A DNA stretch of 41,200 nt from a virus. Its lineage: Duplodnaviria > Caudoviricetes. Of the stretch, positions 9,474-18,863 are shown piece by piece; position 1 is the first letter of the stretch; each line of letters starts with the position of its first letter. A model generated the notes under the pieces. That model searched no databases and was not told the DNA's origin. It worked only from the letters and a program-made list of their open reading frames with translations. The position numbers and the translations under genes were made by a program. The stretch spans positions 1 through 41,200 of IMG/VR virus record IMGVR_UViG_3300022666_000306; one strand, 5' to 3'.

Positions 9474-9871
9474 AGCGTATCTATTTCGGTAAAGTGAATA
9501 AAGGTGTTTTAGTTGTAAAAGATAAACAAGTCTTTTTTGAAGAGCTAAAACGCCTCGAAGGAAAAGAAGTTGAATTTACTATCTCAGTAAAAACAAAAAA
9601 GAAAACTTATAATCAATTAAAATACTATTGGGGAGTTATCGTGGCAATTATTGCCAAAGAAACCGGTAACGCTCCCGATGTAGTGCATCAATATCTTAAA
9701 CGAACATATTTGTCAAAAATAATAAACATTCTTGATGACGGAAGGATGGTTCAATTAGACAGCATTATAAAAATAACAACGAAACAAATGAGCGATTATT
9801 TAGATATGATTATCGTTGGTGAAGCAGAAAAAGGAATCATTCTTCCTTATCCGAATGAAGTAGAATTATAA
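9470..9871 (+). CDS. NinB/YbcN-like recombination protein
   Basis: TYNQLKYYW...HQYLK...TTKQMSDYLD...GIILP pattern. Confidence 0.7.
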   Translation: MKRIYFGKVNKGVLVVKDKQVFFEELKRLEGKEVEFTISVKTKKKTYNQLKYYWGVIVAIIAKETGNAPDVVHQYLKRTYLSKIINILDDGRMVQLDSIIKITTKQMSDYLDMIIVGEAEKGIILPYPNEVEL

Positions 9872-9899
9872 TTAACCATAAAATAAAAGGACTAATAAA

Positions 9900-10253
9900 A
9901 TGGCAAAAAGTAAAATCAAAACAACAACACAAATGCTAACCCTAAAACACGATTTTAACGAAGAAGAACTTCTCGCAAAAGGAAAAGAGCTGGCAGAAGA
10001 AGAGTTCAACTATGCACAAGCTGATATTGAAAGAAAAAATGCAATAGCACAGCATAATGCAAGATTGAAAGATATTTCAAAAGCAATTAATAAACTCTAT
10101 TCTGCAATTCGTGATGGCTTTGAAATGAGAGAGGTCGAGTGCGAAGTTAGAATAAACGAGCCAAAAGACGGTCAAAAAACTATCACTCGTAAAGATAATA
10201 ACTTTACTTGGGTAGAAGAAATGCGAGAAGATGATTATGACTTATTTATCTAA
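9900..10253 (+). CDS. Hypothetical phage protein
   Basis: SD and coiled-coil ORF in operon. Confidence 0.7.
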   Translation: MAKSKIKTTTQMLTLKHDFNEEELLAKGKELAEEEFNYAQADIERKNAIAQHNARLKDISKAINKLYSAIRDGFEMREVECEVRINEPKDGQKTITRKDNNFTWVEEMREDDYDLFI

Positions 10254-10464
10254 TACTCCATTGGAAACGTATCTCAGTAAATTTGGGGCTAAGGGAACAA
10301 TAAATAGATTAAAAAAGATAGCTTCAATGAATCTGGGTAAAAGAAGTGAAGCAGCAAAATTAGTTTGCAAACGCAGAAGTAGAAGAAAAAAATTAATGGA
10401 TTTTGGTCTTTCATTTGACGAAGCAGTATTAATAGTTAGACAAGAGAAAAACTATGATAACTAA
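10231..10464 (+). CDS. Hypothetical protein
   Basis: Overlapping in-operon ORF; start may be a later ATG. Confidence 0.5.
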   Translation: MIMTYLSNTPLETYLSKFGAKGTINRLKKIASMNLGKRSEAAKLVCKRRSRRKKLMDFGLSFDEAVLIVRQEKNYDN

Positions 10465-12082
10465 TCAAATGACTATGGCGGAAGAAGTAAGTATTTGTCT
10501 TCTGAGAAAGAAAGCAGGTGATTTTTTAGCTATATCATTCCCGTATAATGATGAGCTAATTAAACGAGTTAAACAAATCGAAGATAGAAGATGGGATGCA
10601 GTGAATAAAAAGTGGATTGTATCTCTCTCGTATCTACCTTTAGTTGTTGACCTTTTTCCGGGAGCGACCTTTAGTGAAGGCATTACTAATTATCAAAATG
10701 AACTTATCGAAACTCAAAAGCATATTAAAAATGAATTTAACAGCATAGTTGAAGGTATTGATTTAGATAAACCTCTTAAAAATGGAAAGACTTTGTTTCA
10801 ACATCAGAAAGAAGCAGTATTAAGAATGCTAAAATATCGAAGGCAAATTTTAGCGCTTGATATGGGACTCGGAAAAACTCTGACAGCTCTTATATCGGCA
10901 AAAGTGCTGTTTCAGAAATGCGGTTATAAAATCATTGTCATTTGCCCGGTTTCGTTAAAAGAGAGTTGGTTCAGAGAAGCAACGTCCTTAAATCTACCTA
11001 TTGAAATATACAGTTGGTCTAAACTTCCGTCGTCTCCATTACAGGAATTTATTCTAATTACCGATGAAGCACATTATGCACAATCGGGTAATAAATCTCA
11101 AAGAGGTAAAGCGTTTTTTGAGTTAGCTAAAAGCAGTTATTGTATGGCTTGTTACTGCCTTACGGGAACGCCAATAAAAAATGGCCGACCGATTAACATA
11201 TTGCCATTACTCGAAGCGGTTAAACATCCTTTAGCAAAAGATAAGAGGTATTTTCATATACGATATTGCGACGCTCACCCTACAAGATTTTCAAGATGGG
11301 ATACAAGCGGAGCCAAGAATCTTGACGAATTGAATCAGAGAATTAAAGATGTTGTAATCAGACGGACTAAAAAGGAATGTCTTGATCTACCAGATAAGTT
11401 AAGAGTTATTCGTAAAGTTGAAGTATCGAAACAAGCTAAAGAATTATACGACACCGCGCTTAAAGAACTTAGGGATAAGTTCAAAGAGCGAGTAAATAAT
11501 GGTGAAGTAATAGGAGACGCTGAAGCACTTGTAATGCTTAACCACGTAAGGCACGCCGGAAGTATTGCTAAAACAGAGACAGCAATTGAATTAGCAGAAG
11601 AAGTACTTGAAAGCGGTGGACAAGTGGTAATTTTTACTGAATTTCTTAAGTCAGCTTTTATAATTAATGAAACTTTAAGTAAACGAGGGATTAAATGTGA
11701 AATACTTACGGGTGCAAGTACTAACCGACAAGATATGGTTGATAGATTTCAAAATGGAAGCAGTAAAGTCTTTATTGGCACAATTAAAGCCGGTGGAGTA
11801 GGAATTACGCTAACAAAAGCACAAACTGTAATTCTTGTTGACCGACCTTGGACGCCTGGGGATGCTGAACAAGCGGAAGACCGATTACATAGAATAGGAC
11901 AAAATGGTAATGTGACTGCAATATGGTTACAGTTTGATGAAATTGACGAAAGTATAGATAAAATACTACAGGCAAAATCAGAAAATATTGATATAGTTCT
12001 TCACGGTAAAAAGAAATTAATGAAAAGCGGAACTGCACAAGAGTTTGCAAGAGAGTTTATGAATTCAATTATAAAGAATTAA
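10454..12082 (+). CDS. SNF2-family helicase with N-terminal HARP-like domain
   Basis: DMGLGKT, DEAH, LTGTP, QAEDRLHRIGQ; N-terminal FPYN...RRWD...KKW. Confidence 0.93.
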   Translation: MITNQMTMAEEVSICLLRKKAGDFLAISFPYNDELIKRVKQIEDRRWDAVNKKWIVSLSYLPLVVDLFPGATFSEGITNYQNELIETQKHIKNEFNSIVEGIDLDKPLKNGKTLFQHQKEAVLRMLKYRRQILALDMGLGKTLTALISAKVLFQKCGYKIIVICPVSLKESWFREATSLNLPIEIYSWSKLPSSPLQEFILITDEAHYAQSGNKSQRGKAFFELAKSSYCMACYCLTGTPIKNGRPINILPLLEAVKHPLAKDKRYFHIRYCDAHPTRFSRWDTSGAKNLDELNQRIKDVVIRRTKKECLDLPDKLRVIRKVEVSKQAKELYDTALKELRDKFKERVNNGEVIGDAEALVMLNHVRHAGSIAKTETAIELAEEVLESGGQVVIFTEFLKSAFIINETLSKRGIKCEILTGASTNRQDMVDRFQNGSSKVFIGTIKAGGVGITLTKAQTVILVDRPWTPGDAEQAEDRLHRIGQNGNVTAIWLQFDEIDESIDKILQAKSENIDIVLHGKKKLMKSGTAQEFAREFMNSIIKN

Positions 12083-12101
12083 CTAATAACGGATAAAGAA
12101 A

Positions 12102-13049
12102 ATGGCAAGAACTGAAAAATGCGGACTTGATTATTTCTCACACGATACAGATATGTTTTACGACCCCAAAATAAAATTTTTGAAAGCTTCTTTTGGTCTT
12201 TTAGGTTATGCTGTTTATCAAAGGCTATTAGAAAACATTTATCGGGAACTTGGATACTACACAAAATTTGCGGATCGTGATTTAATAATGTTTTCAGACG
12301 AAAACGGCATTAATACAGAAATGTGTCAGAATATCCTTAAGCTATGCTTAGATGAAGATTTATTTGATAAGATTCTTTATGAAAAACATCAAATACTTAC
12401 CTCACAAAGAATTCAAAAAAACTACTTAAAAGGTTGCGAGAAAAGAAAGTCTATTCTGTTAATAGAAGATTTTCTTTTAGTTAATCCTTTTGATATTCTT
12501 GGAGAAAAGACTAAGCTAAGAATAGATATAAAGCCATTTATTAACATTAATTCAATAAATGTTAGAATTAATGAAATAAATTCAGGAATTAATTCGCAAA
12601 TAAAAGAAAAGAAAAGAAAAGAAAATAATATATATACTGACGAATTGGTAAAAACAGGAATTAATTCTAATAAAAATGACTTTATCGGAGAACTTTTAGA
12701 AATATTTTGTTTAGAGTATGAAATTGATAGAGGACTAAAATATGAATTAGTCAATCCAGGGAAAGAGAGAAAAGCTATTGGTAAGCTGCTTTCGACTTAT
12801 AAACAAAAGAATAAAGATTCACCTAAAACATCAGACGAAACAAAAACAGATTTCAAGAATTTCTTTTCAGCTTGTCTTAAGATATCAGATAATTGGTTAA
12901 GAAATAATATGAGCCCAACATTAATTGTTTCAAAATTTAATGAAATAAAAACATTGTTAAGGAAGTCAAATGCAAATAATAAAACAAATGGAGCTACAAC
13001 TGAAGGGATCTTCAATGCAATTGTCAAAAACTTTAGTGAATATTCCTGA
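12102..13049 (+). CDS. Replication initiator (DUF4373/Lin1244-like N-terminus)
   Basis: GLDYFSHDTD...DPKI...G..GYAVY..LLE.IY...LTSQRIQKNY. Confidence 0.82.
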   Translation: MARTEKCGLDYFSHDTDMFYDPKIKFLKASFGLLGYAVYQRLLENIYRELGYYTKFADRDLIMFSDENGINTEMCQNILKLCLDEDLFDKILYEKHQILTSQRIQKNYLKGCEKRKSILLIEDFLLVNPFDILGEKTKLRIDIKPFININSINVRINEINSGINSQIKEKKRKENNIYTDELVKTGINSNKNDFIGELLEIFCLEYEIDRGLKYELVNPGKERKAIGKLLSTYKQKNKDSPKTSDETKTDFKNFFSACLKISDNWLRNNMSPTLIVSKFNEIKTLLRKSNANNKTNGATTEGIFNAIVKNFSEYS

Positions 13050-13581
13050 GTACCCTGTTATTAACGGTAATGCTTTAAGTCTTTTTAAGGGTAAGTTAAC
13101 CGTAAAAACAGTTATTGAACAAAATATTAAAATAGCTAAAGCCTTTCCAGATTTACCGGATACTTGGTTTGAGTTATTTAATGAAAGAATAAAGGAGAAT
13201 AAATTCACTGATGATAGATTAATTCAATCAGTAAAGTATGTTATTGATACATTCAGTTTCAAAACGCCGAATATTGCAAACTTTATATCATTTGATAAAA
13301 AAATAGAAATATTAACTGAAAGAGAAATGACGCAAAAAGCGGATAAAGAAGGTGTATCAATTCGGAATTATTACGGCTTAATTGATATAGGCGGTAAGCC
13401 TTACTACACATTAAAAGTAAATATAGAAGAGTATAAACTAAAAGAATTTGAATTAAAAGTACAGCCAAGAGTAAGGAAGTATTACAAAAGCGAACCAAAA
13501 AAAATAGCAATATCGATAAAACAAGCATTTGAACAGGCAGGATTGTCGAATAATGTCGTTAAAACAATTTCAAACAATTAA
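12970..13581 (+). CDS. Hypothetical replication-associated protein
   Basis: Overlaps initiator 3' end; helicase-loader position. Confidence 0.6.
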   Translation: MQIIKQMELQLKGSSMQLSKTLVNIPEYPVINGNALSLFKGKLTVKTVIEQNIKIAKAFPDLPDTWFELFNERIKENKFTDDRLIQSVKYVIDTFSFKTPNIANFISFDKKIEILTEREMTQKADKEGVSIRNYYGLIDIGGKPYYTLKVNIEEYKLKEFELKVQPRVRKYYKSEPKKIAISIKQAFEQAGLSNNVVKTISNN

Positions 13582-13663
13582 CAATGGGAGAAAGTAATGG
13601 CAATTAGAATAATCTTTAAGTGGCAATTAAAAAATATAAAATTCAAAACACGAAAGGATTATA

Positions 13664-13933
13664 ATGCACAAAGTCGATAATAATCAGAAAATAATAGTAA
13701 AGTATTTACGAAATATTGGAGCAACAGTATTTGATTGTTCTGCAGTCGGAAGGGGGTTTGCCGATATTGTTGTTGGTATATTTGGGAAGAACTATCTTTT
13801 TCAAGTTAAAAATCCTGAATATTATTGGTCGCTAACACCGGCAGAAAAGCAATTTCACGATAGTTGGAAAGGAAGTGTTTATATTATCGAAACAATTGAA
13901 GATGTTAAGAAAATTATCGGTCTTGAGCAGTAA
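13664..13933 (+). CDS. VRR-NUC-like small nuclease / resolvase
   Basis: VDNNQ..IV..LR..GA.V, GFADIVVG, FQVK, LTPAE..FH..WKG. Confidence 0.75.
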   Translation: MHKVDNNQKIIVKYLRNIGATVFDCSAVGRGFADIVVGIFGKNYLFQVKNPEYYWSLTPAEKQFHDSWKGSVYIIETIEDVKKIIGLEQ

Positions 13934-14141
13934 GCGTAAATATATTGACTTTAACGGAATTGAGCGTTTTAGAAAGCTCGGATTAATCGACGAAATTGCT
14001 TTGCGGAATTATTTTATCCGAAAAGAATTTGAAGAATTAAGAGATAAAAAAATTAAGGTTAAAGATGCTATTCTTTTACTTGCTGAAAAATATCATCTCT
14101 CTGAGAGTTCCATTAATATGGTGGTGTACGGGAAACTATAA
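13923..14141 (+). CDS. Small HTH protein (Mor-like C-terminus)
   Basis: RNYFIRKEF...LAEKYHLSESSI; likely TTG start at 13923 overlapping the previous gene. Confidence 0.55.
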   Translation: MSSKRKYIDFNGIERFRKLGLIDEIALRNYFIRKEFEELRDKKIKVKDAILLLAEKYHLSESSINMVVYGKL

Positions 14142-14636
14142 ATTGATAAAATATTCCGATTCGCCAGATATTTTAACGGCGATTAAATCAATTTTTTTAT
14201 TCGAAGAATCTATTGGAAAAATTAACCATCCAGTTTCAGATTGATTAGGTTGTAGAAAAGCATTTAAATCAAAACTATTTAAGTTATAATTATCTTGTTT
14301 GCTTGATAATTCGAAAAAACATTTCAGAGTGTCGGCAACTAATGAAACCACTATAGTCCTACCTGTTGAATCAAAATTAACCTCTTTTTCCACAATTGAA
14401 GAACCATAATACTTTATTCCAGATTGTTCTATATAGACTTCAATAATACTAAAAGGGTTTTTTCCAAGATTAGTGATTGATAGATTGATAGCTATAGTTT
14501 CCATACCTATACTTGTAAAAATTTTATTTATACTTAAGAGCATTTTTTCTTTTTTACTTTTCATCCCTTTAAGTTTAAAAAATAAATCGGTACTATAACC
14601 CAAGCCAGAAATTATTAACTCTGGAGATATATTCAT
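14136..14636 (-). CDS. Hypothetical moron protein (beta-rich, Ig-like)
   Basis: ITNLGKNPFSI...LQPNQSETGWLIF; 16 nt downstream of the 361-aa gene. Confidence 0.65.
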   Translation of the reverse strand: MNISPELIISGLGYSTDLFFKLKGMKSKKEKMLLSINKIFTSIGMETIAINLSITNLGKNPFSIIEVYIEQSGIKYYGSSIVEKEVNFDSTGRTIVVSLVADTLKCFFELSSKQDNYNLNSFDLNAFLQPNQSETGWLIFPIDSSNKKIDLIAVKISGESEYFINL

Positions 14637-14652
14637 AAATGCTTCTTCATTT

Positions 14653-15738
14653 TTAATTATTCCCCACTTTCTGCTTGTCCCAAAATCTTTTTGTTATACG
14701 ATGAATATACTCTTCGATTTCATAAAAAATTATTTTAACATTTTTATTTGCCATGTCTTTTTGCATTATACCCAAAGCAAAACTCATTTCTAATGGTGAA
14801 AATTGTTCAGTACGAATATGTATTCTATTTGAATCTGATAATTTTAAAACTGTAACTTTACCTTTTTTATCTTCAAACATTTTGGATTTATCTGAATGAA
14901 TGAATGCGTTTCTTACATAATTTTTAATATTCTTAAGTTGAATGCTTTCTTCTCTATTAATAAATTCTTTATCCAATAAGTATTTTATAAGCATCCCAAG
15001 ATTTTTCCTTCCATATTTTTTTTCAGCCTTAAGACTGGCTTCTGCAAATGAATTTATACTCTGATTTTGGGAACTATTTAATTCTCTTTCCAAATCGCTT
15101 TTCAATACTATTTTACAACATTCTTCTAATGTAACGCCTAACATAACTATTGAAGTGATGGTGCAACCACAAGCAATTGCTATTTGTATTTCCCACAATT
15201 TTATATCTATATCGTGGAATTTTGTTGTTCGTTTACACTTTAAAAAATCCTCATATTCTTTTAGACTGTTAGAAATAGAACTAATCAGCTCTCCTATGTT
15301 TACATTTATATCATAAAAATTGTCGTATTCACTCTCATAAATCTTTGAATATTTCTTTTCCAAGAACGAAATAAGTTTGGTTTCTCCTATTTTAGAATAA
15401 TTCTTTACAGCAATGACACATAGATATTTTCCTACTTCAGCCGTGATGATAGAGTTTTTATATCTATTCAATAGCATAGTAATTTTTTTTATTGACAGTC
15501 TATAATTCAATATTGTATTAAAGATCCCAAAACATTGTAGGGATACTATCACTCCTAATTCTTCTTTATTAGGGTTGTAATAAGATAATCTGATCCCTTT
15601 ATTTAACCTCGATTTACTTAAGCAACTGGTGAGTTTAGAAGAAAAGAATAATTTAATTTCATCGATAGATTGAAATTCAAAATCACTTTTTTTTGATTTG
15701 TTAAAATACAAAACGATATCTGCAATTTGAATAAACAT
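14653..15738 (-). CDS. Putative HEPN-domain protein
   Basis: LGMLI...RNAFIH (RxxxxH) in a helical C-terminal half; antisense to phage operon. Confidence 0.6.
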   Translation of the reverse strand: MFIQIADIVLYFNKSKKSDFEFQSIDEIKLFFSSKLTSCLSKSRLNKGIRLSYYNPNKEELGVIVSLQCFGIFNTILNYRLSIKKITMLLNRYKNSIITAEVGKYLCVIAVKNYSKIGETKLISFLEKKYSKIYESEYDNFYDINVNIGELISSISNSLKEYEDFLKCKRTTKFHDIDIKLWEIQIAIACGCTITSIVMLGVTLEECCKIVLKSDLERELNSSQNQSINSFAEASLKAEKKYGRKNLGMLIKYLLDKEFINREESIQLKNIKNYVRNAFIHSDKSKMFEDKKGKVTVLKLSDSNRIHIRTEQFSPLEMSFALGIMQKDMANKNVKIIFYEIEEYIHRITKRFWDKQKVGNN

Positions 15739-15754
15739 CGTAAATTATTGATAC

Positions 15755-15799
15755 ATTAAATCCTCTCAATAAAATTTGAGAGGATTTAATCTTTTTTTT
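15755..15799 (+). terminator. Strong intrinsic terminator upstream of que cluster
   Basis: 15-bp perfect stem ATTAAATCCTCTCAA / TTGAGAGGATTTAAT followed by C and T8. Confidence 0.75.
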
Positions 15800-15842
15800 G
15801 ATTTAGTTTTTGTACCGATAATTTAATAAATGATAAAAAACA

Positions 15843-16208
15843 ATGAAGATTATTATCGGTAAACACTTCGAATTTGAAGCTTCTCATAAGCTTCCTGACA
15901 AAAATATATATGGTAAATGTAAAAACCAACACGGACATACGTATAAGTTGACTGTTGAGTTCTCTGGAGAGGTTACTAATGATGGATGGGTTTGTAACTT
16001 TAGCGAGTTAAAAGAAGCGGTTAATAAGGTAGTAATAGAAAGATATGACCATGCAAATCTTAATGACTACTTTGATTTACCTACTGCTGAAAATATTCTT
16101 AAAAGAATTTACTCGGACTTAGAAAAAGCTATCCAGGGTAAGCCTTATAAATTGCATTCTCTTACTCTTTACGAAACTTCTAATAGTTATGCAAAGATTA
16201 CAAGTTAA
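15843..16208 (+). CDS. queD: 6-carboxy-5,6,7,8-tetrahydropterin synthase
   Basis: FEASH, CxxxHGH, DH, PTAEN, YET motifs. Confidence 0.95.
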   Translation: MKIIIGKHFEFEASHKLPDKNIYGKCKNQHGHTYKLTVEFSGEVTNDGWVCNFSELKEAVNKVVIERYDHANLNDYFDLPTAENILKRIYSDLEKAIQGKPYKLHSLTLYETSNSYAKITS

Positions 16209-16776
16209 TGAAATATTTTACTCACTACAAGGTGAAGGAATAAGAGCCGGTGAACCAAGTATTTTTATTCGCCTTACAGGATGTAACCTAAAATGTACTT
16301 TTTGCGACACTAATTTCTCAACAGGGAATGATATGGGTATAGATGAAATCTTAAAAGTGATTGAGAAATATCTTCCTTGCAAAACAATAGTATGGACCGG
16401 TGGAGAGCCAACACTTCAACTAACAAATTCAATAGTAAAATTCTTCAAAGAGCATGGTTATTATCAATGTATTGAAACAAACGGAACGAACAACGTCCCT
16501 AATGAAATTGATTTTATTTCATTAAGTCCCAAGGTTCCTAATGGTGTGATTGAAAATAACTTTCCTAAAGGAGTAGATGAAATTAGATATGTAATCCATG
16601 CTTGGCAAACAGCTATTCCAGATACTAAAATAAAAGCTAAATTCTATTTTCTTTCACCTGTATTTCTTGAGAATACATTAGTAAAAGAAAATCTAAATAA
16701 TTGTATTCAACTTTGTTTAAGGAATCCAAAATGGCGACTAAGCATACAGCAACACAAGATTTGGCAGTTGCGCTAA
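16189..16776 (+). CDS. queE: 7-carboxy-7-deazaguanine synthase (radical SAM)
   Basis: EIFYSLQGEG, CNLKCTFCDT, TGGEP, ETNG, SPK, QxHK. Confidence 0.95.
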   Translation: MQRLQVNEIFYSLQGEGIRAGEPSIFIRLTGCNLKCTFCDTNFSTGNDMGIDEILKVIEKYLPCKTIVWTGGEPTLQLTNSIVKFFKEHGYYQCIETNGTNNVPNEIDFISLSPKVPNGVIENNFPKGVDEIRYVIHAWQTAIPDTKIKAKFYFLSPVFLENTLVKENLNNCIQLCLRNPKWRLSIQQHKIWQLR

Positions 16777-17273
16777 AAACAATTATCACTTGTTTTGATA
16801 ATCCTAAAAGAGAAGGTGTATTGGAGACTCCTCAAAGGGCTGCAAAAGCACTAAGCGAATTATTAATAGCTGAAGAGCCAAAAATAACTGTGTTTGATGC
16901 TAATGGATATGACCAAATGATAATAGATAAATGTATTCCGTTTTACACTTTTTGTGAACATCATCTGTTACCATTTTTTGGTACTGTTAAAATCGGTTAC
17001 ATCCCAAATAAAAAGATAATAGGTTTATCTAAACTCGCTCGAATTACAGAATACTTTTCTAAAAGATTAAATACACAAGAATATTTTACTCAGAATATTG
17101 CAAACTATTTACAAGATAAATTAGAGCCTCTCGGTGTTGGTGTGATAGTAAAAGCCAGACACTTATGTAAAGAAATGAGAGGAATAAAGAAACCTGGTGA
17201 AATGGTTACAAGTCAGCTTAAAGGAGTATTTTTACAGAATCAAAAAGTTAAGGAAGAATTTTTGTTAATATGA
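16731..17273 (+). CDS. folE: GTP cyclohydrolase I
   Basis: ETPQR, CEHHLLPF, GLSKLAR, HLCKEMRG; ATG 16731 has an AAGGA SD. Confidence 0.95.
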   Translation: MATKHTATQDLAVALKTIITCFDNPKREGVLETPQRAAKALSELLIAEEPKITVFDANGYDQMIIDKCIPFYTFCEHHLLPFFGTVKIGYIPNKKIIGLSKLARITEYFSKRLNTQEYFTQNIANYLQDKLEPLGVGVIVKARHLCKEMRGIKKPGEMVTSQLKGVFLQNQKVKEEFLLI

Positions 17274-17365
17274 AAAGATATGTAGTTTTAGTTAGTGGCG
17301 GGATAGATTCTTTACTTGCAAGTTATCTATACCCTAATGCTATTAATTTATTTTTTAAGTTCTAA
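17270..17365 (+). pseudogene. queC: Truncated queC remnant (31 aa)
   Basis: ATGA overlap with folE stop; reads MKRYVVLVSGGIDSLLASYLYPNAINLFFKF* with the SGGxDS PP-loop; not in ORF track. Confidence 0.8.
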
Positions 17366-17386
17366 AAAGAAGGAATCGAAGTAGTA

Positions 17387-18202
17387 ATGAAACTATACTT
17401 TGCCGGTTCAGAAAATATAAAATATCTATCTATACTATTAAGAGAAAAAGCAAAAAACTTACTATTCTCATACTTCTACATATCAAAAAAAAAAGTGAAT
17501 TTACTTTCTATTTCTAAAGATAAATTTGTTAACGGAAATATTTTTTTAGATTCCAGTGGATTTAGTGCATTCACGGTAAAGGCACTAATTGATATTAATA
17601 AATACTGTGATTATATTCATCAAAATAAAAATATTCTAACGGTATACGCTAATCTTGATGTTATAGGTGACGGTGAAGCAAGTCTAAAGAACCTTAACTA
17701 TATGGAATCGCAAGGATTAAATCCTCTGCCGGTATTTCATTATGGTGAAGATTGGTCTTTACTTGATGAATACATTAAAAAATATAATTACTTCGCTATT
17801 GGCGGAACGGTGCAACTAAAAAAAGATAAAAAGGTTATGTATAAGTTTTTAGATAATTGTTTTTCCAGAGTAAATCAAAAAATAAAGATACACGGCTTCG
17901 GAGTGACGGCAATAGATTTGTTAAAAAGATATCCATTTTATTCAGTTGATTCATCTACTTGGATAAGTACAAGTATTTATGGTGGAATTTTTAATCCTTT
18001 AAATTATAATGGAAATAAATTGATTTACATTAATCCGCATATAAAGAAAAATGCTGACTATACTTTAATGAATTATACCGATAAAAGCAAAGAACATAGA
18101 AATACGTATGGAAGAGTAAGTAGAAACGTAATTGAATTCATAAAGTTTGAAAAATACTTAACTGAACTATGGAGATTAAGAGGAGTCGTTTGGAATGATT
18201 AA
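17387..18202 (+). CDS. dpdA: DpdA/TGT-like guanine transglycosylase
   Basis: FLDSSGFSAF, NLDVIGD, PVFH, AIGG, HGFG, SVDSSTW; located in que cluster. Confidence 0.82.
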   Translation: MKLYFAGSENIKYLSILLREKAKNLLFSYFYISKKKVNLLSISKDKFVNGNIFLDSSGFSAFTVKALIDINKYCDYIHQNKNILTVYANLDVIGDGEASLKNLNYMESQGLNPLPVFHYGEDWSLLDEYIKKYNYFAIGGTVQLKKDKKVMYKFLDNCFSRVNQKIKIHGFGVTAIDLLKRYPFYSVDSSTWISTSIYGGIFNPLNYNGNKLIYINPHIKKNADYTLMNYTDKSKEHRNTYGRVSRNVIEFIKFEKYLTELWRLRGVVWND

Positions 18203-18863
18203 ACCAGTAATAATAGATGTTGATTTAATTAAGTTGATTCCTGCCGATTGGAATTATAAAGAAGCAGGAGAAGAAGAACAAATAGTAAAACTTATAAATT
18301 CAATTAAGCGTGATAATTCTTACGGCGTCCCAGCTGTAAGAGAGATTAAAAATAGGAATAGACTTCTATATGAAGTTATTGATGGTAATCATAGGCTTGA
18401 AGCTCTAAGAAGATTAGCTATAAAGACTGTCACTGTTGAAAACTTTGGAAGAATTACAAAAGCTCAGGCTGTACTTATTGCTAAACGCCGAAATACACAA
18501 TGGTTTAAGGATGATCAGTTAAAATATGCAACTTTATTTCGAGATATCGTTTTTCCTGAAATTTCAATTGATGAAATGGTCCCTTTTATGCCTGACACAA
18601 AAGAGGATATAGAAAACATTTCTAAATTACTTGACTTTGACTGGGATTATTTCAAAAAGAATGCTTTAGAAAATATTGATGAAACTACTCATAAAGTAGT
18701 AAGAATAATTCTGCACAATGAGTTTTATGCCAAATGGGAAACGTTTAAGTCAACTTGTAAAGAAATACTAAAGCTTGAAAAAGAGGAAGATGTATTCAAT
18801 TTTGCAATTCAGGAAGGCTTAAGAAAATTAAAAACAAAAAAAGTAATTATTGACAATGACTAA
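18195..18863 (+). CDS. ParB/Srx N-terminal domain protein
   Basis: LINSIKRD..YG, YEVIDGNHRLEA. Confidence 0.82.
   Translation: MIKPVIIDVDLIKLIPADWNYKEAGEEEQIVKLINSIKRDNSYGVPAVREIKNRNRLLYEVIDGNHRLEALRRLAIKTVTVENFGRITKAQAVLIAKRRNTQWFKDDQLKYATLFRDIVFPEISIDEMVPFMPDTKEDIENISKLLDFDWDYFKKNALENIDETTHKVVRIILHNEFYAKWETFKSTCKEILKLEKEEDVFNFAIQEGLRKLKTKKVIIDND

Noticed and set aside
17270-17389. Stop-codon reassignment or readthrough giving a QueC-DpdA fusion
   Set aside because: TAA is the usual terminator throughout this genome, dpdA has its own AAGGA SD and ATG, and 31 residues cannot form QueC; deletion is simpler
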